NCBI RefSeq assembly: GCF_964194025.1
Contig: NC_134470.1
Location: 47,492,001 to 47,556,000, forward strand
Reading direction: 5' to 3'
Origin: Convolutriloba macropyga
Taxonomy: Eukaryota
DNA length: 64,000 bases
The notes beneath the pieces are model-generated. The model was not told the origin of the DNA. It saw nothing but the letters and a program-made list of their open reading frames with translations, and made no database searches. Of this stretch, positions 25,831 to 36,490 are shown in pieces. Every line of letters begins with the position of its first letter. Positions within the stretch are counted from its first letter, which is position 1. The translations under genes and the position numbers were made by a program.

Positions 25831-28800
25831 CCAATCATCAAGAAAGTCTGTTGCAGGTGAGCCTTCACATGTTCCACACCCTGATGGCCACAGTCATGGT
25901 GCGCCTTTTCAATCAACAGTCTTGCAATTTTGCTCCTGCTATGGAGAAGAAGCGGATGTTTTGCATTGTAGGTTAGAGGTGCCTTGTTGAGTCTTCCTCC
26001 TACCCTCAAGAGTCCGTCTTCATCTAGAAAGGGTGTGAAGGGCATCAGCTTGTCTCCTTTCTCAAGATTGCCTCCCTTCAACAGTGCAGAAATTGTTCCT
26101 GAGAACAACTCGTTTTGGGACATTTTGATGAGGTAGTTCCTTGCACTGTTCTCATCTGATGCAAAAGTGTTAGTGTTGGATGTCTCAGGTGATTCGTTTT
26201 GTCTTCTAGTTCGAACTTTTGCCCTGAAGCGTCTTATTGCCTGGAACACCATTCTAGTAGAGTTGAGCAGTCGACTCCATGTTGAAAATTTGTCAACCTC
26301 AATGACCGGCGTCTGAAGTTGTGTCGCTTGTGTGGCGCATATGTGGGGATCACTGTCCTCGGCAAAATTCCAAGAGTCTTGAGGTTTGCTCAGAAAGTCC
26401 GGTGGTTGGAGCCACAGCTTTGGTATGTCTGATGGGGTGAGGCCTCGTGTTCCATGGTCAGCGGGATTCATCTTTCCAGGGATGTGTCTCCAATTCTCTT
26501 GGTTGGAATTCTCGTGAATTTTGGTTAATCTGTTGGCAATGTACATTTTCTGTCTTTGCTTGGATTGGATCCAACCAAGTGTAGCGGTGCTGTCTGTCCA
26601 AAAGTGTTTTGAACTTATTGTAGTTGTCATCTCGCTCTCACAGAACCCAGCTAGCTCTGCTCCAAGTGTTGCAGCTTCCAACTCCAGTTTTGGAATGCTC
26701 AACTGCTTGATCGGTGCCACTTTTGTTTTACTGATCACATATCGGGATGTGGAAGATCCATCGGCGTTCGTTGTCCTCACATAAACTATGGCAGCAATTG
26801 CACTCATTGAGGCATCAGTGAACGTGTGAAGTTGATGGGTTCCATTGGTGCTGGGAATCAAGCATCTGGGAATTTCAATTGGAGTCATGTTGTCGAACTC
26901 ATCCATCCACTCCTGTAGTTCCTGTTGGTAGCATTCTGACACAGGTTGATCCCAGTTTCTTCCCTCTTTAATGATTCTTTGGAGGCTGCATCTAATTCTA
27001 ATGGCAAAGGGTGATATCAGTCCGATTGGATCGAACAGAGAAGCTGCCATTGAAAGAACCTTTCTTTGGGTCATCTGTTGTCCTGTGTAGAGAAACTTCG
27101 GTTTTGCAAACATCAACTTGTCAGTTTTGGGGTCGCACGTCTGACCAAGGATTCTTTGGGCTTTCATTTCCACCTTGTCTTCTTCCAGTAGGTTTTCTAA
27201 TGCGGCTGGTCTGTTGCTCAAGAACTTCGTCAGATTGAATCCTCCTGTATGTAAAACAGTTTTGATCTCCTCTGCACTTCTGCGGGCCTCCTCTTCAGAA
27301 GGGTAGGTCTGCATGAAATCATCCATGTAGAACTGCTGCATGATTGATGCGTAGGCCTCTGGATGTTCTTGTTTGTGGTCATTTGCACACTTCTGCAGAA
27401 CAAATATTGCACAAGAAGGTGAGCATGTGGCTCCAAAAATGAGTCGATTGTATTTGAAGATTTTTTCATTGCCATCCTCTGTCCAGAGAAAACGGAGATA
27501 GTCTTGGTCTTTTGGTTGGATGCCAATCTGCATGAACATTGCCTCGATGTCCGCTGTGATTGCCACTGAGTACTGTCTGAAGCGGAGAAGAAGGCCATGC
27601 AGTTTGCAGAGTAGATCCGGCCCTGTCAGCAATGCATCATTGAGTGAGAGTCCCTTATATTTGGAAGCAGCGTTTGTGACTCTGCGGATTTTGTCTGGTT
27701 TCTGTTTGTTGATCACTGGGTGATGGGGAAGGTACCAGACAGAGTGTCTGCAACTGGGGTCTGCAGTTGTGATGTAGTTTTTATCCAAATCTTTTTTGAT
27801 TGTTTCCTCATAGCGGTCTCTCAAGTTTGTGTCCCTCTCCAACCTCTGCTGCAGAGCGTGCCACTGAACTTTGGCCATGAAGTAGTTGTTAGGTAGTGTG
27901 ATGTCTTTCTCCCATGGAAGTCCAATCTGGTATCTGTCACCAATGTGTCTTATGGTATCATTGAGGATGGAAACCGCCTCCTTGTCATCTGAAGACTGTC
28001 CCTTTGAAGAACACTGATTGAAGTTCACTCCTTCAATTGTCCAGAAGAGCTGGAGAAGATCTTCATCTGGATCGTCTTGCCGTCTCTTGATATGATTGAA
28101 AAGTGTTATGTTTGTGCTGTTTGACTGTCCGACCCTCTTCTGTGTGTACCTCTGAGGAATGGGCCCTGTCAGTGTCCAGCCAAGCAGAGTGTTGACTCCG
28201 TATGGTGTACCAGTGGGTCCCGTTGTGAACTGTCTGGGAACTGTTGCTGTGAATGCGTCTGCTCCAATCAATATTCCGATCCGGTTGTCCCTGATTGTTG
28301 GAAATCTTATGCTCTGGAGGTGAGAATGGTCTCTGCAGATCTCATTCAACATTTCAATTTGAACTCTTGGCATGCGAAACTCGTCCATTGCTGTTGCGTA
28401 CACAGGGATTCTGATCACAGGACAACTGCTGTACAAAGCTCCTATGCCGATCATGACATCTGCTGTTTTGACTGAGTGTTCACCATGAAGTGAAGCTAGT
28501 GGTAGGGTTATGTCTTTTGGTTGTTGAACTTGAAGTGCATCAGCAACCTTCTGTGTTATTTGAGTATTGTCACTGCCACTGTCCAGCAATGCGTAGGTTT
28601 CAATGCAAAGGCAAAGATCTCTGTTGAAAAGTGTTACTGGTATTGCCTGCAACTGAATCTGCGGTCTGATCCAAGAAGTCTCCTGCTGGTTGCTGCAGGT
28701 GTAGTTTTGTTGCGGAGTAGTTGCCTGCTGCTGAGCCACAGTGCGTTGATTGCTACTCTGCTGTCTGTTGTTGTTGTCGTTCTGCGTGTTCATCGGCTGA

Positions 28801-29255
28801 GGGTGAAAACCATTTTTGTTCCAGTTGCCCCTGTGTGAAGTACTGCTGTTAGATCCACCATGTCTGTTTTGAGTTCCACTCTGTTGGTTGTAGTTTGAAC
28901 TCGTCTGCTGCCTTTGGTTTTCATTGTTAAAGTTACGTCCATAGTTTGACTGGTTTTGGTTGGTTTGGGGTCTGAAGTTATTTTGTGAGTTTTGGTTCCA
29001 GTTCCCATTTGGTTGTGCATATTGTTGCATCTGCCTTGCATCTGTCCTATGGAGTGTTGAGTGATGGAAGCCATTGCATCTGTCCACAAGGCACCTTGTT
29101 TTTGATTGACAGAGACCCTTTTCATGACCTCTTAGACAGTTAGGGCAGAGATTGAACCTTCTCACACAACACTGTCGGTCATACACTGTTTTTTTCCAAG
29201 TATTCGGGACATCGACCAAGGTTGTGGTTTTGTGAGCAGAGTTGACATGACACAT
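25827..29255 (-). CDS. Pao gag-pol middle: zinc knuckles, aspartic protease, RT, RNase H (Peptidase_A17-type) and integrase N-terminus
   Basis: CPNCLRGHEKGLC, CNGFHHSTLH, ALLDSGS, WYLPHHPV, GPDLL, ADIEAMF, FYMDD, LHTFTDAS, IPKLELEAA, FWTDS, NPADHGTRG, GLLRVGGRL and HHDCGHQG. Confidence 0.95.
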   Translation of the reverse strand: MCHVNSAHKTTTLVDVPNTWKKTVYDRQCCVRRFNLCPNCLRGHEKGLCQSKTRCLVDRCNGFHHSTLHRTDARQMQQYAQPNGNWNQNSQNNFRPQTNQNQSNYGRNFNNENQRQQTSSNYNQQSGTQNRHGGSNSSTSHRGNWNKNGFHPQPMNTQNDNNNRQQSSNQRTVAQQQATTPQQNYTCSNQQETSWIRPQIQLQAIPVTLFNRDLCLCIETYALLDSGSDNTQITQKVADALQVQQPKDITLPLASLHGEHSVKTADVMIGIGALYSSCPVIRIPVYATAMDEFRMPRVQIEMLNEICRDHSHLQSIRFPTIRDNRIGILIGADAFTATVPRQFTTGPTGTPYGVNTLLGWTLTGPIPQRYTQKRVGQSNSTNITLFNHIKRRQDDPDEDLLQLFWTIEGVNFNQCSSKGQSSDDKEAVSILNDTIRHIGDRYQIGLPWEKDITLPNNYFMAKVQWHALQQRLERDTNLRDRYEETIKKDLDKNYITTADPSCRHSVWYLPHHPVINKQKPDKIRRVTNAASKYKGLSLNDALLTGPDLLCKLHGLLLRFRQYSVAITADIEAMFMQIGIQPKDQDYLRFLWTEDGNEKIFKYNRLIFGATCSPSCAIFVLQKCANDHKQEHPEAYASIMQQFYMDDFMQTYPSEEEARRSAEEIKTVLHTGGFNLTKFLSNRPAALENLLEEDKVEMKAQRILGQTCDPKTDKLMFAKPKFLYTGQQMTQRKVLSMAASLFDPIGLISPFAIRIRCSLQRIIKEGRNWDQPVSECYQQELQEWMDEFDNMTPIEIPRCLIPSTNGTHQLHTFTDASMSAIAAIVYVRTTNADGSSTSRYVISKTKVAPIKQLSIPKLELEAATLGAELAGFCESEMTTTISSKHFWTDSTATLGWIQSKQRQKMYIANRLTKIHENSNQENWRHIPGKMNPADHGTRGLTPSDIPKLWLQPPDFLSKPQDSWNFAEDSDPHICATQATQLQTPVIEVDKFSTWSRLLNSTRMVFQAIRRFRAKVRTRRQNESPETSNTNTFASDENSARNYLIKMSQNELFSGTISALLKGGNLEKGDKLMPFTPFLDEDGLLRVGGRLNKAPLTYNAKHPLLLHSRSKIARLLIEKAHHDCGHQGVEHVKAHLQQTFLMIG

Positions 29256-30714
29256 CTGGTGGCCCCCTTCTAGAAGAACTGTTCACTCTGGTTCTCTGGT
29301 TCCGTTGTGGGGAGATGTCCTCACACGCCTCTGCGTAGGAGTCAATCCAATCAGCAAAGTGGGTAAGGTTAGGTTGCAGCAAGGCTTGGCTTCTTGTGTG
29401 TTGATTCCATCTGATTATCATGGTAGCGTTCAGTTTGTCTCTGGCCATTCTCAGGACGGCTGAAGACTTGAGGTCAGCTTCAAATTTGTGAAGCCTGAAT
29501 GTTTGTACCAGTCTCCTCAAGAAGGATGAAAAGCTCACAAAAGTGTTTGGTTCGTCCAGTCTGGGTTTCGGCCACTTCTCCAATTGATCTAGGTATGCAG
29601 CGACAATATGCTGTGGTTTGCCAAACTTTCTGGTCAGTTCAGCGATAGCTTCATGGTAGTAGTCCCCATTGTATGAGTATCCACTTATGGAATCTCTTGC
29701 CTTATGTGTTACAGAGTTTTGGAGGTATGTCATTTTTTGAGCGTCTGAGAGGCCACTGTTGTTGTGAATGGTCGCTTTGAAGAAGCTGAACCACTGGTGC
29801 CATTTCAAAGGATCACCTGTGAAATTATCAATTGATATCTTGGGCAAACTCATTGTGTTCTGTATCATCAGTGCCTGGTGTTGCATCCAGTCTGGTGGAG
29901 AACTCGGGAAACTCGGGAAGCCATTGTATAGGTTGTTGTTAGAGCCGTTGTTATAGTGTATTTCATGCCCGGTACAACTGTTCAGTGGTTGTTGATTTTG
30001 TGGTGTGTACCTATGGCTCATGGTAGGACCAGCTTGGCTATTGATGTGAAAAGAAAGTGGTTGTTGCAAATGCCCAGCTCTATCCTCACTCTCATGTTGG
30101 TTCTGTCCTCGAACATGCTTCTCTTCTCTCGATCGAATTGAATTTTGCCAGCCCTCATCTATTCTCAAGGCCCCTGTGAGAAATTCTCTGTTCCTTCCTC
30201 TCTCTTCAATGTTAAAAACGGGTTGAAAATTATCAGGGTCTTCTGAGTCGGACGAGTCAGCTTTGTTTGTTTCCTGATTGTTGCGGCTTGCCAACTGATG
30301 TTTCATTTGTTTCATTGCTCTATTGCGTAAAGGGTACTGTTTTTTCAGTAGATTAGGGGAAGGCGCTGCTGATGTGTTGAAAGCAGATTCAGTGTCACTT
30401 GCATCCGTTCTGTGTGCTTTTGCTCTCTGTTTGCATTTCAGCATGGTTATGTTTCTTTCAGCAGATTCATTAGCAAGTGTTGTCAACTCTTCACTTGTTA
30501 GCTGTAGCTTCATGAGTTCATTGCAACTTCTGTCCAACTGCTCTTTTTGAGACCTCAAAAGTTCCAAAGTTTCACGTAGTATGCTTAGACCTTCGTTACT
30601 ATTGCTTTGTTCTTCGAAGAGGTCTTTTACTGCGTTCCACTCTATCACTTTCAGCTGAAGTTGTTGCTTGAGGCTGTTCTTTGCTGTTGATGATGCTTTG
30701 GACTTGTTTGGCAT
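29179..30714 (-). CDS. Pao gag N-terminal part (DUF1759-like region plus first zinc knuckle)
   Basis: LPKISIDNFTGDPLKWHQWFSFF, LSDAQKMTYL, LTRKFG and CQLCSQNHNLGRC. Confidence 0.92.
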   Translation of the reverse strand: MPNKSKASSTAKNSLKQQLQLKVIEWNAVKDLFEEQSNSNEGLSILRETLELLRSQKEQLDRSCNELMKLQLTSEELTTLANESAERNITMLKCKQRAKAHRTDASDTESAFNTSAAPSPNLLKKQYPLRNRAMKQMKHQLASRNNQETNKADSSDSEDPDNFQPVFNIEERGRNREFLTGALRIDEGWQNSIRSREEKHVRGQNQHESEDRAGHLQQPLSFHINSQAGPTMSHRYTPQNQQPLNSCTGHEIHYNNGSNNNLYNGFPSFPSSPPDWMQHQALMIQNTMSLPKISIDNFTGDPLKWHQWFSFFKATIHNNSGLSDAQKMTYLQNSVTHKARDSISGYSYNGDYYHEAIAELTRKFGKPQHIVAAYLDQLEKWPKPRLDEPNTFVSFSSFLRRLVQTFRLHKFEADLKSSAVLRMARDKLNATMIIRWNQHTRSQALLQPNLTHFADWIDSYAEACEDISPQRNQRTRVNSSSRRGPPDVSCQLCSQNHNLGRCPEYLEKNSV

Positions 30715-31585
30715 GTTGATTGTGTTAGAAGACTTTTCTTATTTTACAAAGTTTATACTGCACTGTTACTGCACTATGTTTCCTTGTAACAGCCCTATTC
30801 TAGTTTTTGTTATGTTAAACCTACTATTTAAATGAGGCTGTTGCTTACTGTGCTTAGCTAATGCTTTTGTTTAATGTTTGATTGCTATGTTTATGCTTGT
30901 CGCTATAACTAAGTGATGTTTGATACAGATATGATGCTAATCAGAAGTTGCATAGAGTTAAACTTTTCCACTAATCAGTGAAATTCTTACAAACTTAGAT
31001 AAATTAGATGTTTGTCTGGTTGCCTATTTGATTCTCGAGCGCGACAGAAGGAACCCTAACCTGTGGTGGTTAACTTTCGACTATTGTGTGTGTCTACTGA
31101 CACTGGTGGGGGGATAACTTCACGTTCCTATAAACCTTAAGGTAGCAAGGGCATACCAGGCCTTGCAACTAATCCTAAGTTAATGTGTGTGTTGGTGGTG
31201 CTTTAAATTTTACCTAGAGGAGGACCTACTCCTTTCAAAACTAATGCGGAAAGACACTATATTGATCCAACGATAACTAGTCGCCTATTAAAATCCAGCC
31301 TTTGAAATGAAGACATTCAAATCCGCAAGCAAGACCAGCCCATCTGTCGTGAATAGGCATCCCACGCAAGCATCCTTTTCAGGAGAACTCTCATCTCAGT
31401 CTTCACTTCTAGGGCCAGATTAAAAATCAGTTGGATCATTTGTGATTGTGATGTTTTTGATTAAAAAGTGTGAAGTTATCAAAACCAGAGTTTAAAATGT
31501 GCTAAGTGTCAAATGTCTAAGTTCCCCCCTATAAAATCAAAAATTCCCCAGTCTGCGTCGAGCAAGTTTCAAAGGTCCTTTTTTG

Positions 31586-31601
31586 ACCCTAGGATACGCC
31601 A
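31586..31601 (-). promoter_or_regulatory. Primer-binding-site-like sequence TGGCGTATCC...
   Basis: It starts with TGG 4 nt inside the 5' LTR boundary on the minus strand. The primer tRNA was not determined. Confidence 0.55.
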
Positions 31602-31605
31602 GAAA

Positions 31606-31958
31606 TGTTTATGCTCTTCGGCCTAAGTCTTGCATACCAAGACAACTTTTCATTAATATTTGTATTTCTGAAAGTCGCAACTATGGTATCAAATCAAGCT
31701 CTATAAATACATCATAATTCGCGCCATTGGCACACAAGTTATGGTCAAAAACGGGAAATCCCTTACTATAAATAATATTGAAAGTGAACGTCAACCACTT
31801 CTGACTTCTTCAAATCAACATATAAAAAGCTTCAACGAAAATAGGTTGGGGAATGAAAATCATGAAATGAAAGGGTTTTGGAGGACGAAAGTGTAGGTGG
31901 GGGAGGAAAATGAGGGTGTGGGGGGAGATAAAATATAAAGGAACTTGGTTCCTTTACA
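31606..31958 (-). repeat. 5' LTR (353 bp)
   Basis: Near-identical to 24297-24651; followed on the minus strand by a PBS-like site and a ~890-bp leader. Confidence 0.97.
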
Positions 31959-32374
31959 GCTGTTTTTCGTCTATAGTCTTCAGCTTCATTTTATAAGATG
32001 TCTAGAAATAGACCGCATGGGACAAGAGACATTATTAGTCCAATCAAGTTAGATTATAGAAGTTCACTGGTTGGAGTCCTCATGCGGAGAGAATGTAGCT
32101 TTATTTTAAATTATCAGAGAATTTATCGCGAATTGCCGAATTTGCCAAAAAAACCAATGCAAATAACCAATTGACGCTGTAGTTTTTATTTCATTGCTAT
32201 TCCCACGTGCCACTGAGGTATGGCCAATGGGGTAATTACAAATTTTATGCAATAAATCATCTTGCTTATTTACAATTAACCTAGCAGTCTTTCTGATAAA
32301 CGTAACAACAGGGTAAGATAGTTGGTACATTTTGGGTACTTTTGGCACAATGGGTATTCATGCAGACACTGCTG

Positions 32375-32933
32375 TTATTGCTGAAATTCGTTGAGTATTG
32401 TTAAAGAGCAGAGGATAAATACAAGCCATTTATACGCATCGGCGATTGAGCTGTTGCTGGTCAGAAAGCCGGGGTCATTTTCGTCCATTTTTTCTCCTAT
32501 CCATGATTCAAACTTCTTCACCAAACCAATTTCGACATCTTTAGATTTATCTGTGAGTGATGTTATATATCCAATCAAACAAGGCGTCACGCTGTTGTTC
32601 ACAAGTTCGCTTGCAAAGATAGGATTTCCAATGTCGCCTGCACAAAAGCGTTCCCTTCTATCAATTAAAATACAAGTTTCTTTTGTGAAGTCAGACGATG
32701 ATTTTGGTAGACATTTGAGCTGTGATAATAGTGACTTGTTAACTGAGTTATAACTTGGAGGGTTAACTTTGAGTCCAAAGGTGTCGAGGTCTTTCAAACG
32801 AGAACATTGGTATGAGATGGAATCCGAGAGTTCTCTGTGTACAGATTGATCATCGCATTTGCCATTTACTGTTCTCATGCAGGGTTTTATAGTTACCATT
32901 GCGATATGATATTTGTCAGGGTTTTGTATAAAA
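32375..32933 (-). CDS. Last coding exon of a trypsin-family (S1) serine protease homolog; non-catalytic, with a hydrophobic C-terminal tail
   Basis: FCAGDIGNPIF (cf. CQGDSGGPL), CLIGYITS (cf. LVGIVSW) and LVKKFESWI (cf. RVSSYLDWI), then NSSIADAYKWLVFILCSLTIL. Phase-2 TTTCAG acceptors give exon starts at 32933 or 32969. AATAAA on the minus strand at 32100-32105. Confidence 0.7.
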
Positions 32934-33038
32934 CTGAAACATAAAAATTGCCGGGACACAATTGCCATGCTGAAAATTTATCCGCGGCCCCTTAAGATCT
33001 TTAGTTCCGGCAATGCCTTTTATGCTCTTACATAACTT

Positions 33039-33321
33039 CCCCAGTTGAGAGGTCGACTTTGTGACAAGACTTATAAAGTTGACCGGGGTTATTTCCCTAC
33101 CTTAAATACACGGTCGACCTCCTAGTAAGGGTCGACCTAAAGTCTTCATAAATAGACCAACGGTCTTTCCATAAAATCAACCTTGACAAATAACGTCGAC
33201 CTAGGGTCGACCATGACCATTAAGGTCGATCTCAAGTCTGATCATATCGGTCGACCACTGTCTTTTCATACTCGATATCGGTCGACCACAGTCTTTTCAT
33301 AAGTCGAATTCTCAACTGGCG
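33039..33321. mobile_element. ~280-bp CCCAG-ended MITE with GTCGAC repeats (EnSpm-like)
   Basis: TIRs CCCAGTTGAGAGGTCGACTT / AAGTCGAATTCTCAACTGGC, TT on both flanks, and several internal GTCGAC(C) motifs. Confidence 0.65.
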
Positions 33322-33654
33322 TTTTGACCCTATGTGTATTGTGATCTTTGTTATTCATATAACTTAAAAACTTGTTGGTTGTTATTTAATCTGTACGACT
33401 TGGCATCTCTTAACATCTGATGGTATTCTGTCTTGGTTATCTTCATATCTAGAACCTTTGATCTACGTGGCCACTTAACATCGTTGAAGAGGCTATTACA
33501 GTTTCTATTTTCTCGTTTAAAATTTTTTTATATCGAAATTTCACGCCTATAGAGAGCTCAGGTTCGTATAACGTGTCAGTAAAGCTACAACGTTTGCTCT
33601 ATCCATTTTTTCTTTAAAAAACATGTGAAATGGTTGCGAGGAGAACAGAAGTTG

Positions 33655-34038
33655 GGTGGCCGCCGCATTGGCCGACAGGGCGTTTAGCCGACAACCAAAA
33701 ATTGAGAAATTTAACCGACAATTTAAGTAAAATGAGCAATAAAACTTATTCTAAAGCTGTGATTGGCCAATTTAAAACACTATTTCGTAAGCGGACAAAT
33801 ATACCGCAGTTTTTTCATCAACTACTGTAACGAAGGTCTATCCGTGGTCGGACCGTATTTAACCGCATCTGGCCATGCCTCAGCGGCCCGTGGGACTTGA
33901 TATGGATCTATCACAACCGAACTACTGATTTATGGACCAGTTATGATCTTCTATTACCAATTATGAAAAAACTGTCGGCTAAGTTTCTCATTTTTTCCTT
34001 GTCGGCTAAACGCCCTGTCGGCCAATTTTCCTAGTACC
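33655..34038. mobile_element. GG-ended MITE with ~70-bp TIRs and a 9-bp TSD (Mutator/Merlin-like)
   Basis: ATTGGCCGACAGGGCGTTTAGCCGACAA and its reverse complement at the other end. TSD CAGAAGTTG at 33646-33654 and 34039-34047. Confidence 0.85.
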
Positions 34039-34277
34039 CAGAAGTTGATATCACATATAACATATGGTTAATGGGCACAACAAAACTTACATATTATTAA
34101 ATATCAGAGTAATTACTCCAGGATAATAGCTGGCGTGTGAGTTTTTGAAAAGCTGACTGTAACTCTAATTTCAAAATTTCGTAACTGTCCTTCTCCGGTC
34201 CATTTGATTTCAGTTGATTCAACTTCATACGAACTGCTTAGCATTTGTGTTTCGTTAATGCATTGTGTAGTTGAGTA

Positions 34278-35133
34278 GGATCTTTTCAACTATTGCCCCC
34301 CTTTGGTACCTAGCAGAGAATCACCACTCCTTTTGTGCTATACTTTACCACAATATTAGTTGGCCTACAGTTTAGATAGCCGAATATCAGTTTAGGCGCA
34401 ATTGTGGACCGCTGTTCACGGCCATGCCTCTCATGCGCTACAGGATGTAATCCGGCAATCGCGGGTCAGTTATCGCGGCGAAGCCGCGACGAAGCGCGCC
34501 CACCGAAACCAGTCGGAAATTCTTTTCGCTTTGTATTCCATTTCGGCTAATTGTCCTAGCATGGCGCATTTTATTCTATCCAGTTTAACAGAGTATGAGC
34601 ATACACGGAAAATTATTAGTCGTCTCTGATTGGGTTCTACTTCATTTCACCTCTATTCATTTAACCCCCTATCATTTAACCCCGATTTATTCACCCCTCT
34701 ATCATTTAACCCCTCTATCATTTCACCCCTCTATCATTTCATCCCGCTAATTAGCAGTCGACATTAAAAGCATGTTTTGTCATAATTAAGTGGATAGATT
34801 AATCCCACGTTCGGTTGTGATAGTTTCATATCAAGTCCCACGGGCCGCTGAGGCATGGCCATGGCCCGAGAGGCATGGCCAAATAATTTTATTGCTAATT
34901 TAATAATCCTTATTTTATAGGGATTAAAATCGGGATGAAATGATAGTGGGGTTAAAAGATAGAGGGGTTAAATGATACAGGGGTGAATAAATCGGGGTTA
35001 AATGATAGGGGGTTAAATGAATAGGGGTGAAAAAATGGGACACCTCTGATTGGTTATTAAATAGCTCGTTTAAAATCTATTCAAGAATAGCCCCCCCTTT
35101 TACAAAAAGGGGGGGCAATTGTTGAAACGATCC
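34278..35133. mobile_element. GGATC-ended MITE, copy 1 (8-bp TSD), interrupted by a nested MITE
   Basis: TIR GGATCTTTTCAACWATTGCCCCCCTTT. TSD GTTGAGTA at 34270-34277 and 35134-35141. It aligns with 35377-35809 once the insert is removed. Confidence 0.9.
34633..35044. mobile_element. Nested GG-ended MITE with long TIRs made of 15-17-bp CTATCATTT(A/C)ACCCC repeats
   Basis: About 115-bp inverted arms and a TSD TCTGATTG (8-10 bp depending on boundary). The empty site GTCGTCTCTGATTGGTTA is visible in the sister copy at ~35716-35733. Confidence 0.9.
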
Positions 35134-35376
35134 GTTGAGTACTTTGAGGTTTATAGGGCAAATTTATTAATTACGCTAATATACATTACCGATATATCTC
35201 AACCATTTTGGATCTCTCGGTGATTTTCACTAAATTATTGGGGTCGTGGTAATTTTGTGCACTTGTATCGCAGCACTTAAATAGATACATTCGGTCCCAA
35301 ATAAGTTGAAGATAAAAAATATTTGCGGATTAGGTTTTGTGGCAACAACCAAAATATTGAACAACAAAATTGGCTG

Positions 35377-35809
35377 GGATCTTTTCAACAATTGCCCCCC
35401 TTTGGTACCTAGTAGAGAATCGCCACCCCTTTTGTGCTATACTTTACCACAATATTAGTTGGCCTACAGTTTAGATAGCCGAATATCAGTTTAAGTGCAA
35501 TTGCGGACCGCTGTTCACGGCCATGCCTCTCACGCGCTGTGGGATGTAATCCGGAAATCGTGGGTTGGTTATCGCGGCGAAGCCGCGACGAAGCGCGCCC
35601 ACCGAAACCAGTCGGGAATTCTTTTCGCTTTGTATTCCATTTCGGCTAATTGTCCTAGCATGGTGCATTTTATTCTATCCAGTTTAACACAGTATGATCA
35701 TACACGGAAAGTTTAGTCGTCTCTGATTGGTTAATAAATCGCTCGCTTAAATTCTATTCAAGAATAGGCCCCCTTTTGCAAAAGGGGGGGGAAATTGTTG
35801 AAAAGATCC
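35377..35809. mobile_element. GGATC-ended MITE, copy 2 (433 bp, 9-bp TSD)
   Basis: Same TIR as copy 1. TSD AATTGGCTG at 35368-35376 and 35810-35818. Confidence 0.9.
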
Positions 35810-36490
35810 AATTGGCTGTTTGGTATGTTATTTCTGAGGAAAGGTTAAGTAAAAAAATTATCCATCATGCTTCCAACAAATTCTTTCCAACTGTTTTCCT
35901 TCGAGATTTCGGAAGGACCCTGTTATTATCATAAAACCTTCCAGTGCAATATTTTTTATTTTGCATTGGAAGGGTTCATGATAATTACAGGGTTTCAAAA
36001 CGATTGTTCTAAAAGCAGCAAGAGTTTGAATTTAAAGACAAATTGGTTTTGTGGAAATTTTTTGATCTTTTTATTAGTCAGTAATAAGGGATATCACCCG
36101 GCTTTGTCTGAAATTATTCAAACTCTGAGATGTTTGTGCACTTGAGCAACTAAAAATTGTATGTGTGTGTGTGTTTGTAGTGTGTTGTACGAGTGGATTT
36201 TGAAGTGGCTCTTTCGTTTTTAGTTAAAAGCTTTGTTTAATAACTAACAATGTTTTGGGCGTAATTTTTACAAACTCAATTAAAAGTTTTGTTTTTCTTT
36301 CAAAGGAACTGATCCATATGATGGACTATTTGATTGGGAAACTCCATTGATAGATAAAGCACTCTAAATTAATCCGTTGGCTGTGAAAAAAACACCCATA
36401 TTAGTTGCAGTATTTAATGTACATGCAAATATTCGTGTACTCTAGTTACATTTTGAACGTTAGTAATATAAGACGACTAAATGTACTCAC

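Larger units (their letters stand above)
24297..31958 (-). mobile_element. Full-length BEL/Pao LTR retrotransposon, recent insertion
   Basis: TG...CA LTRs at both ends and a 5-bp TSD GCTGT (24292-24296 and 31959-31963). Gag-PR-RT-RH-IN order with Pao-type motifs. Confidence 0.97.

Noticed and set aside
29185-29200. Programmed -1 frameshift at A AAA AAC in Pao gag
   Set aside because: The downstream pol frame is +1 relative to gag, not -1, and the break splits the normally contiguous zinc knuckles. An extra A by mutation or sequencing error fits better.
24866-30550. Plus-strand ORFs of 60-105 aa inside the Pao element
   Set aside because: They are antisense shadows of the long gag-pol frame, with no recognisable domains.
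32106-32377. Stop read-through or an alternative genetic code extending the protease homolog
   Set aside because: The domain and hydrophobic tail are complete at 32375, further stops follow, and the other genes terminate normally under the standard code.
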